From: Guillardia theta CCMP2712
Taxonomy: Eukaryota; Protista; Cryptophyta
NCBI RefSeq assembly: GCF_000315625.1
Contig: NW_005434634.1
Span: forward strand, 272,531-336,530
DNA length: 64,000 nt
Direction of reading: 5' to 3'
The position numbers and the translations under genes are program-made. Under the pieces are notes generated by a model, which was not told the origin of the DNA, ran no database searches, and was given only the letters and a program-made list of their open reading frames with translations. Position 1 is the stretch's first letter, and the number at the start of each line of letters is the position of its first letter. This document shows positions 13,001-22,942 of this stretch, piece by piece.

Positions 13001-14512
13001 CACAGCAGTCGCGCATTCTTACCGTGAGTTCCTATGACCAGACCCACCTTCGACCTGGACACAGGAACTTCAACTCGGACCTGGTCTCCTATCAACCCAG
13101 TCATCTCCAAGTAAATCACCATTGCAGGATCAGTACGGTGCGATTGGATGGCCGGGAGAGCAGGTTGAGGAGCAACGGCAGGACCGGGAGGAGGAGAGGT
13201 TGCCAGCGAGTTGTTTGACTCTGTATATACATTCAGGTCACTTGGGGGAGGAAAGAGGAACAACAACCGTCGGAACTGGACTTGTGATGAATTTCTGCTG
13301 GACTAGAACGAGCGAGGAAAGCCTCATATCCTCCCTCTGTCAAGGTGTCAAGCACCTGCCAAGTGAACTCAGGACGGGAAGTGTACTGGATAATTGACAC
13401 GAAGGGGCAGATTAGCAGGAGAAGTCTTGTAGGGGATTGCTGGGACGGTGAGAGGAGAGATTCGACACGCGAATGGAAAGGGAGAGGGAGAGAGAAGAGC
13501 GGGAGATAGGGAGAGAGGGGGAGGGGGGGAAGGGGGGGAGGAGAGAGAGAGAGAAGGGGGAGGCAAGCAAGTGAAACATGAGACCGGAGGAGCTGGGAGG
13601 GGTTGGAGAAGACATGGGATCTAGATGGGTATACATAGCTCAATGTAAGGGTCTCAGCTCCTTTCTTGGATGATGCGCTTCGTTTCATACGACTGCCATT
13701 GATCCAGACCGAGCAGCAGAATTGGATAAGTTCGTGGGGTAGTCCGACGCGAGAAACCTCAACTTTGGGCTGGATGCAAGCACGGGTAAGGAAGGAGAAA
13801 AATGGGAAATGGAGACGGGAGACGGGGAGGTACAGTAGAGACTTGCAATATGAGAGTGGAGGGATGGTTCGAAGGGAGTGAATGAGATGAACAAACTCAC
13901 ATCAGAAAGCGAGTTCGCCCTGCAGTATGACTGAATCCCTTCGAAGAGCTCCGAGGAACTTCGTGGGTTTATTGATTGCGCGCGAGGGGTACCAGTACCC
14001 GGCCCTTGAGCCCCCGTGTCGTTGGGACCCGACAAGATCTGTAGCAGACGGCTCTGATTCACCATCGTTGCATCCTGCGTTCCATTGAGTTGCTCCTCCC
14101 TCCCATCGCCGGCACTCGAGCTTTCATCTCCGTCGTCCACGTTGAGGAACAACTTTGCAGCGGGAGAAAGCTTCAGCCTGTCGTCGATCTTCTGCTCCTT
14201 GTCAGCTACAGAGGCAGTTGACCTCTCCTTCTGTCCTCCCTCTCCAGCCGGGTCGGTTGACTCTTCGCTATCCATCGAGCTCAGGTCGTCATAGAAGTCG
14301 CCTCGAGATTTGCGAGGAAGACCCCCTCCTCCCCGCATGTGCAGCAGCAGAGGGTCCCTGTACCGACCAGCGGATAGGCTCGACAGGAGCTGAGCTTCTC
14401 TGAAGCAGCATCTCCCTGCTATGCTACCTCCTCCTCCTCCTCCTCCTCCTTCCCCTGCCCCCGCCCCCGCCATTGCGAGCATTGTCGCCAGCATACATTG
14501 CGCCCATTGCAT
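10007..14512 (-). CDS. Class II histone deacetylase with N-terminal dsRNA-binding domain and KH domain, plus signal-peptide-like leader
   Basis: Spliced HDAC motifs HQEAEERM, APMADILRVH, RPPGHHA, GFCLLNSVAIAA, IIDFDAHYGDGT, FFASIH, SSGFDGH, LEGGY, LATSVLAHVVGL; stop at 10007-10009. KH: VPVSRSKVGLVIGTHGKN...IVITGSRESVEK. dsRBD: IQSYCRANSLSD|PKVEVSRVGLPHELIQFCCSVWING...SSKKGAETLTLSY|VLDTL. Junctions checked are in-frame GT-AG. Confidence 0.85.
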
Positions 14513-14619
14513 TCGGCCCCCGGAAACCCATGGGGCACAAGCTGAAAACTACCTCAACTTGTCGTATACAACTTTACTGCCCCATACCCTCCGCCTCAGT
14601 TGGCGTCAATGGCAGAAGG

Positions 14620-16138
14620 ATGAGCAGGAGAGGAAGGGCGGCAGTGCCGCTGCTGCTGCTGCTGCTCATGTGCTACTTTGTGCCATGCTCGACGAGCAAG
14701 GAGCAGGAACGAGATCAGGCGGCGCAGAGCTCCAGACTGTTGAGAGAGTCGCTGCGAGCTGAGGCAGAGGGCAGGTTGAACGATGCCATCGCCTTGGCTG
14801 CAAAGATGCCGCAAGATGTTTTCGCGGTGTTCAGACAGGGGAAACTGATGATGAAGAAAGGAGACTTCAGAGCAGCACATGCTGCGTTCTCTGCCGTAGA
14901 ACAGGTAGAGCCCTCCTTTCCTTCCTTGCTCAGCCACATCGCTTTCTTGTACTTCAAGGTACAGGAGATGAAGGCAAGCATCGCCTATTGTTTGAAAGCG
15001 CTTCAAGTTTCTCCCCTTGATCTGCGTGCAAACAGCATCTTGAAGAGGATTTTGAGAGCACCTGGTCCTTTTCCGCTCGAGGTGCAAGAGGTGCAGAGGC
15101 AGTCTCAAAACGCCATATTACAATCCCACCTCCGAGGTGGCTTCGTTCATCAGCATGAAAGAATGCAGAGTAAAGTTACAGACATCTCCTACAATGGTAA
15201 ATGAATCTATAAGAGGACACTATTGTTGCATGACGATCATGTTTGCAGGTAAACAAGTGCGGCTGGTGTCTTCTGCTAATTCTCTTTATTTCCAATGCCT
15301 CGCAAACCTCGTTGGATCCATTCAGCTCCGAGAGCCGAACTTGAACATCACTATCTACGACATGGGATTCGATGAGCTGGAGAGTATGGTTGTCAGCGAC
15401 TGGAAAAATGTTCAACTCGTTCGATTCCCCTTTGAAAGCTACCCTCCGCATGTCCGAAACCTGAGGAACTATGCTTGGAAGCCCTTGGTGTATCGTGAAG
15501 CGCTCATGAGAGATTCGATGATCCTGTATCAGGTCTGTCTTGCAGACTCTTCTCCAGCCTCGAGCTCTCTGACGAACCCTTGATAGGATGCTGGACAGGA
15601 GCTCTGGCAACCTGTCGGTCTCATCGAGGACATCATAGCCAGAGATGGTTATTTCTTCGTCATGCAGGGTGAGAAGACCTTGCCGGAAAAGATACATCCT
15701 GCGAGCATGCAGTTTCTGGGGTTCGAGGCCAACGATTTGCGTGGGAAGGATATGTGCGCTGGCGGCATTCAGGGGTACATGAACACGAGCCGTGCAGTAC
15801 AGGAGGTGCTGGGAAGCACAATCAAATGCGCCCTCGATGAAGACTGTATCGCCCCGAAGAAAGCTGATCAGTCGAACCATCGTTTTGACCAGGCCATCTT
15901 CTCCATGTTCATGTCAAGACACTTATACAGGTTGAGAAGTGTTGACTTCACTATCACCGTTGACAACCTGCCCAGGTGCCACTGCTCATGGATCTTTCGA
16001 GCGTATTTGGAAACTGCGCGATTGAAGGAAGCAGATGTATTCGATGTCCGTGACGGATTTGGACATTTCTATCCTCTTCTCTTCTCAAGGAGATGCGGGA
16101 GCAATCAAAGCTACTTCCCAATTTTCCGACACATGTAA
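14620..16138 (+). CDS. Secreted/Golgi TPR-repeat + DUF1647 (glycosyltransferase-like) protein
   Basis: Signal peptide MSRRGRAAVPLLLLLLMCYFVPCSTS; TPR-like helices; LVSSANSLYF...IYDMGF...FPFESYPPHV...YAWKP...DAG...CIAP...HRFDQA typical of DUF1647; short GT-AG introns. Confidence 0.75.
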
Positions 16139-16261
16139 ATTAATTTCCGCTGATCGCATGTATTCAATGTGAATGCCAAGGCTCTTCGATGTTAGTGTCG
16201 CCATCTCGGCTTTCATGATGTCACTATGCGCATTTCTCTAGAGTTGTCGTCACTTAGGGTG

Positions 16262-16799
16262 TCACTTGCGGTTCTCCATAACGTGCTTTAGCTTCTTCCC
16301 TGTGTTCATCTGATCCCATGCGTAATCCACCATTCCACTCAAGAAGATGGAGCAAACAATAAGAGGAAACGCCACCATCGCCCCAGTGATGGTGCCCCGC
16401 CTCCATGACGTCTGGTAGCCTGGTTGAGGGCCTTGTGCCCAGCTCGACTCCCATGATGCTCCGCTCCTGCTGCGCCATGCCCCAGCAGCACGCGTTGCTT
16501 GAGAAGCAGACATTCCTGAGTGATAGCCGTACATAGATCTGCTGTCATACTCCTTCCTCTTCAGCGGATCTCCCAACACCTTCTCGCAATGTCAAATCGG
16601 GAAGCAAAGGCGCATGATCGTGCTTGAGATTTACCTCATACGCAGCATTCACTTCCTTGAACCTAACCTCCGCTGTCTTGCGTTGGTCCTCAGGAGCAAC
16701 GTCTGGATGAAACTTCTGCGCGGCTTGTAGATAAGCTTTCTTGACTTCTTGCTGAGTTGCGTTCTTTGCAACACCCAAGATAGAGTAGTACTCCATCAT
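16262..16799 (-). CDS. Small DnaJ (type III J-domain) protein with C-terminal TM segment; ends approximate
   Basis: YYSILGV...[15 protein letters not shown]...[10 protein letters not shown]|[12 protein letters not shown]; hydrophobic [17 protein letters not shown]. Confidence 0.85.
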
Positions 16800-17133
16800 T
16801 TGCTGGTAGACGTCCCTGATGAGACCAATTCGTGGATATGTTGTGTTACAACTCTATCAATCACAGTATCTTCCTCTTTTCTTATATCTTCTAAGGCTGT
16901 CCACTTAGCTCATGAATGTTTCCTCTCCTCTTTTCGCCCGCACCAGCATTCACAAACCTCGCGGCATGGCGTCTTGGAAGGTGTCAGAATTATAGTAAAG
17001 TGGCACGGAGTCCGGGCCCGGCGCCGGGCCCGGGCCGCGAGCCTCCGCTCACGTCAGACTTTGCGCGGACTGAAAGGACTCAGTCTTTTAATACTGATGA
17101 CAACTGAGACTCTACTTAGTTACATGCCAGGAC

Positions 17134-19596
17134 TCAATCACCTCGGATCTTCTCCTCGATCTGCTCGAGAGTCAAGCCCCTGCGTTCCATGTCAGCATAC
17201 TATGATACCGTGACGTATGGACTGGGCGACAGCAGGTGGTCACCACCTAGTTTCAGGGACCATCTTAAATTCAAAAGCAACGGCAGCGACTGCGATCGCA
17301 GCGAACTGAAGGAACAGCAATGTCTCTCCGAGACTCTGTCGTTCACTTTCAAAAGCGAGAGTGACCTTGAGGTAGGTCAGCACGAGCCTCGGAGAGCATG
17401 AGGGTAAGGGATCAGTACCAGGACGTTGGAGCCAAAGTTTGCAAGGGTGCCAACGGACACGGCAGCAGCTCGGATCTTGAGGGGAAACACTTCCGAGAGA
17501 ATTAGCCAGCTGGGAGAGATGGTGTCACTCACTAAGCCATTCAAGCTCAGCTGGGGCTCACGTGATGGGCCCAAAGCCAATCTGGTAACAGCCGACGTAT
17601 GCAACGATGGAGGCGATCACCGCAGACTGCTCCAAGTCAGCTCAAGGGGCAGCACGGCGACTGCTGCACTAGCAGAAGCTCACTTGATTGATTGAGTCCG
17701 CTCCTCCTGAAAATAGAGCCGCCAGCACCAGCAGAGAAACGGCCATGCCTGCTCAAAGTCAGGAAAGCGGCTGAGAACAGGATCCGCCACCAGAGGTGCC
17801 CAGCAGCAGCAAAGGCCTCCGACCCCACTTCGGGTCTTCAACAAGGTTCACGGATAAGAGGGTCATGATTGCCTGCAGGAATCATCACTCCTCCTCCTCA
17901 ATGGCTGCTCTCCCTTCCTTGAACAGCCCTACTCCAACCGCTGCTTCGAACCCCAGCCCGGCCCTTTCAAAGATCCTGTTGGCGTAGTAGAGGACTGAAG
18001 GCTGTTTGGATCAGTCAGTCAAGTACATCTCTTGAACAACCAGTTAACCTGTCCCGAGAGCTGCTGAAATAGAACGAGTCCCACACCAATGGTTAAGGCC
18101 TTGCGGTTGGTTGAGTCGGAGACCAAGCTGGAAGGAGGATGAGTAAAGGTAATCAAAAAAGCATCAAGAAAACGAGAGACCGTGAGAATGATTCTTGGAA
18201 AGATTGTTGTTTCTCGTTCGGATCAACCATGGATGCCATGGAAGTGACTTGAATCTTTGCCTCGTCTGAACTCACTTTGGACAACTGGAGAACACTTTGA
18301 ATCTGGTAGAATTTTGAGAATTCTTACAGCTTGGACTGCTTCCTCCGCTTCTTGAGTTCTGCCACGCAGAGCCAACCAGCGTGCTGATTCGGGGATGAAA
18401 GTAGTTCCTTTTGTAACCCTCAGGAACGCATGAGATACTTGGAGATGGAAAACCTAGAATCATCGCAGCTTCGATTGGTAGAGCTGCAGCCAAGACGTTC
18501 CTCCAAGCCCTGACAAGTCCACGTTAAGTCTTCTGCTCCCCCATAAAATTTCGCTTGACCCGTCATCTCCAAAAGCTGCTCCTGTGGCGTAGCCAGCAAC
18601 GATGCCCAACACGATGGCTGCCTCCTTGAGAGATACGAGCTTGCCACTACAGAGAAGCACTTGAGCAAGGAGACGTTCATATCCTCTCATTACCGCAGCT
18701 CCGACGGTGCCGTCTCAGCAATGTAAAGAGGGGCTGCATGCATGGCTGTTCCGATCCCCAACCCGTAGAGGATTCGACTACCGATGAGCATGCCGAAGCT
18801 CGAAGAAGCCGCCTACAGGAGGAATGGCTTGAGGTCGCACACGAGCAGCCAGCGATGAACCTGCAGGGCCGTTCCCAACGTGTAGAGAAAACCAGAAGCT
18901 ATTAGCTCCTGCTTTCTACCGAAGTATCTATCCCCGATCTGAAACAGCAGCGTCACATGAGAAGAACCTTCATCTGAGAAGCAAGATCACAAAGATAAGA
19001 GCCCCGGAAGCCGCAACTGCTCCGAACAAACTTCCACTTGCGACCAGGCCGAGCTGAACTGGATCCAGAGTCCCGAAGAGAGTTTGTTTCTCGCCGAGAA
19101 TCCGCACGACCTATCAAGCAGAACTCAGTGATCAGGGTCACCCATCACTGTCATCCCTCACCGCACTGGATGCTCCGATGTCGTACCCAAAGAGCGCTCC
19201 TCCCGCAGCCGGCACCAAGAATGGCACGAGCCTAAAGCCAGTAGGATCACTGTGCTGCAGAGAAATTCCATGCTTCACCAGGGAGGGATTCCGTTGGGAG
19301 CTGCTGCAGAAGCTGAGGATCCGGAATCGTTCTCGTTGGGATTGGACTGCATGCAAACTTCCATGCCCTCGTGAGCCAGGCAACAGCATCGTTGCACACA
19401 ATTTCGACTCACAATGCAAGGTACTTCTTCCCGGATACGGTCGAATCTTTCCTCTTCTTCTGTCAACCATGCTCGCAAGGCACGAGCTCGCCGTCCGCAT
19501 CAGTACTCCCTTGCTCGGAGCATTGGGGATGAAACACTGTGCCATGCTGGGCAGACATAGAACGCAGGTCAAGAGGGCGAGAGCCATGCGCGCCAT
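17134..19596 (-). CDS. MFS sugar porter (D-xylose-proton symporter/VGT-like) with bipartite targeting leader
   Basis: PAAGGALFGYDIGASS, APLYIAE, LVSLKEAAIVLG, QQLSGQ|PSVLYYA, ISWLILSEVFPLKIRAAA, VPETR|GLTLEQIE; leader MARMALALLTCVLCLPSMAQC-F; stop 17134-17136. Confidence 0.9.
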
Positions 19597-19664
19597 TTCT
19601 GGAGGTGAGAAGAAGAAGAGGAAGAGAAACAAAGTTAGATCAAATCTTTCAATCGGCCATGGCG

Positions 19665-19750
19665 CTCTAGGATACAGTCGTTGCATCTTCATGGGACTCT
19701 AGGATACAGTCGTTGCATCTTCATAGCACTCTAGGATACAGTCGTTGCAC
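19665..19750. repeat. 32-bp tandem repeat x2.7 (CTCTAGGATACAGTCGTTGCATCTTCAT core)
   Basis: Three consecutive near-identical copies read directly. Confidence 0.9.
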
Positions 19751-19948
19751 CTTTTCCCTCCTCTCCTTGTCCTTCGCCCTTCCTCTCTCCATCTGCGACT
19801 GCCCGTTCCTTTCATACTTCCTCCATTTTCTTGCTTACGGCTCACAGAGGAGTATAAGCGGGTATAAGCCGTGTATGAGCAATATAAAAAGGTCTAATGG
19901 ACGCATTGTGTCACGAGGATATCGGAGAGATAAGGGCGAGGGAGGACA

Positions 19949-20380
19949 AGAAAAGAAAGAGAAGAAGAGAAGAAGAGAAGAAGAGAAGAAGAGAAGAAGA
20001 AGAAAAGAAGAGAAGAGAGAGAAGAAGAGAAGAAAGAGAAGAAAGAGAAGAGAGAGAAGAAGAGAAGAGAGAGAAGAAGAGAAGAAAGAGAAGAAAGAGA
20101 AGAGAGAGAAGAAGAGAAGAGAGAGAAGAAGAGAAGAAAGAGAAGAAAGAGAAGAGAGAGAAGAAGAGAAGAGAGAGAAGAAGAGAAGAAAGAGAAGAAA
20201 GAGAAGAGAGAGAAGAAGAGAAGAGAGAGAAGAAGAGAAGAAAGAGAAAAAGAGAAGCGAGAGAAGAAGAAGAGAAGAGAGAGAAGAAGAGAAGAAGAGA
20301 AGAAGAGGAGAGAAGCAGAGGAGAGAAGCAGAGGAGAAGAAGAGAAGAGAAGCAGAGAAGAATCAGAGAAGAAGAGAAAA
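19949..20380 (+). repeat. Polypurine (A/G) low-complexity tract, ~430 bp
   Basis: Almost exclusively A and G (AGA/GAGA/AAG units) between the divergent sugar porter and TcdA genes. Confidence 0.95.
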
Positions 20381-20510
20381 CTGAGCAGATGAGGAACTTT
20401 GAGGGTGTTGGGGGGTTGCCAATTTATTTCGTGTTTGTGACTTTCAGAGCAGAAACATGCTGAGTCCTGATTCTGGAGCATCGTAGAGTGACAACAGATC
20501 GCTAAGTATC

Positions 20511-22453
20511 ATGTCAACTGTATTGCAACATCAGTTGCAAGTAGGAGCTTCGCTGACCTTGGGTGCTATCTCCTTGTACTACATTTACAAGCGGTGAGTG
20601 TTTGATGTCAAGTTTATTGGGTTCTGATGCGTTTCCAGCCTTGCCAGTCATGTTGCCGATGACAGGGTCCATCATCTCAACAAGACAGGTGATGTTGTTA
20701 CTCTGCTTATCTGCTAGTGACATGTCATGCACAGTCAAAAGTGACATAGGAAGTACAGACAGTGAGTTGCCCAGCGCTTTTCCGCATAGTGACCCTTGTT
20801 GCTCCTGAGCAGCCTCAGATGCCTGGCTTGAGAGAGCGAAGCTGCTCATCGGAGATAGTGGCATCCAGAACTTGAAAGACGCTCATGTTCTTGTCGTTGG
20901 AATGGGTGGAGTTGGAAGGTGAGATGCTCTCGACAACAGTACTAGTTTGAGTGACCTGAGTTTGCTCGGCAGTTTTGCAGCGGAATTTCTGGTTCGAGCA
21001 GGTAAGGGAGAAAGCAAATGACTTGAAGATAAATCACTTCAAGATGTGATTGTCGGGTTGACAGGAGTTGGAAAACTTACCATCATAGACGGAGATGACG
21101 TCGACCCGACGAATCGTAACAGGTTTGCTCTGCTCCGCGTAGTTGAGAAAGTCATGTTGATGGGTTAACAGACAGCTCTGTGCGCTTGTCTCCACCCATC
21201 ACAAGTACAAGGCACCAGCTCTTATCTCACACGTTCACACCTCACTTGCTTGCCCCTCCTCGTGCAGGTGGACGTGATGAAGGAAAGGCTGCTAGACGTC
21301 AACCCGGCCGTCAAGATCGAAGGCACAATATTGACTGCACGCAAGGGGAGTCGAAGTGACTTGCAAGCAGCTCTGGCCAAGTTCTTAGAATGCGAGGAGT
21401 GCTTGACTCTGATCGGTCAGCTCATGCTGGTGAACAAGCTCTCTGCTCCCGTCTGACGTTCGAGCTTCAGAGAGCGGCGGGTTCGACTACGTCGTGGACT
21501 GTATCGACAGGTGACCTCACCTCAAGCTTTCTCTGCCTCATGTCTACGTCCTGCAGCCTCCAGCCAAAGTTGCACCTGATGCATGTGAGGCAAGCGATGG
21601 AGCTCGACGGGTTTGACGGAGCTGACAGGCGGCCCTCAAGAGCTGTGTGCCGATCGTGAGCTCCATGGGAGCTGGCGGCAAGGTGGACCCATCCAAGGTC
21701 TGAGCTGAAAGGTTGCACGGCGGGCTTGTCAAAGTGTAGCTACAGGTGGACCTAGCGGACATCTCGAAGACTGACATGGACCCGTTCGCTAAGTTCATAC
21801 GTGAGTGGAGCAAGGAGGATAGGTCGGGAGAGCCTGATGGCAATGGAACCTTGTGGCAGGAAAGAGACTGCGCAGGCAGTTTGGGATTTTGAGGTGGCGG
21901 AAGTTTTGACCCATATCGTGTGTGCTCACTGGTTGCTGTAGCGGAGTTGCCTGCGTGTTCTCGACGGAGAAACCAGACCCGAATTCAATCAAAGTCACTG
22001 ACGGTGAGGGTGAGTATGATGTTAAAGGTACTTGACCAGTCGACAGGCTCGCGGTACAAGAAATCTTACTACGGCACTATCTCTTACTTGCCCGCCGTCT
22101 TCGGCATCCATGCCGCGTCTCTCGTCATAAGGTAGCGCATGCTCTCACTCTCTGCCCCGGTCCGTGAAGATGCTGGCAGAGAGCTGGGGTACAAGAAGAA
22201 GATCGTCTACACCAAGACAAAGCGACATCTGCTCAAACAGGTTCCTCCTTTCTCCCTCCCTCTCCTCGTCCTCCTCGTCCTCCTTCTCTTCCTCGCCTCT
22301 TCCTCCTCCTCTTCCTCCTCTTCTTCTTCCTCTTCTTCTCAAACCGATTGTTCATCTCGTCAGGGAAGATCCGCAGCCTACAACTCCGACTTCCTCACAC
22401 GTCAGCGAGGAGAGCAGGAGGGAGAGCAGGACGATGACGAGGATGAGCCTTAG
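20511..22453 (+). CDS. tcdA: tRNA threonylcarbamoyladenosine dehydratase (ThiF/E1-like, TcdA/Tcd1-2 family)
   Basis: N-terminal anchor MSTVLQ...GAISLYYIYKR; WLERAKLLIG..GIQNLKDAHVLVVGMGGVG|SFAAEFLVRAG|VGKLTIIDGDDVDPTNRNRQL; DYVVDCID; SSMGAGGKVDPS; DPFAK; YGTISYLPAVFG. Confidence 0.9.
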
Positions 22454-22942
22454 CAGAATCTTGCTCGAACACTGAACCCTCCTCGGCCCTCTCATTCCTC
22501 GTTGGGCTAGCCAGGAGGAGATTCATTGTGCTACCTTACCATCACTAATCAGATTTTCCCTATCCCTTCTTTTATGAATTTCCGGTCATTAGCAACCCAG
22601 ACTTGGAAACTTCCATTTGGCCGGCAAAATGATGAATTTTCTTTCAGAATCTCCTAAGAAGTTTTAAGACGAAAGAACAAGATTTCAAGATTGGTCAATC
22701 ATGAAGTTCAGGGTGTGATACCACCTGTTCGTCTCATTTCACTTTGTTTGATTTCAGTCCACTAGTTTTGTATTATTCAGACATTAACGCGCCATCAAAC
22801 CTGCTCCTACTTTCCCGTCCTCCTCCCTCCCTCCCCCTCTCGCGCCCTCCTCTTTCCTCCTTCAACCTCCGTCTCCGAGCTCTATTCCTCCTCTCCTTCC
22901 TCTCCCTCTCTTTCCCTCTGTCTTGCGATCTTCGGCGACTCA

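Noticed and set aside
19665-19750. Possible CRISPR-like array
   Set aside because: 28-nt cores are separated by only 4 nt, with no unique spacers, no cas genes and a eukaryotic context; it is a simple tandem repeat.
19713-20481. Long ORFs rich in K/R/E or L/S/F
   Set aside because: Translations of the polypurine tract, which lacks stop codons by composition.
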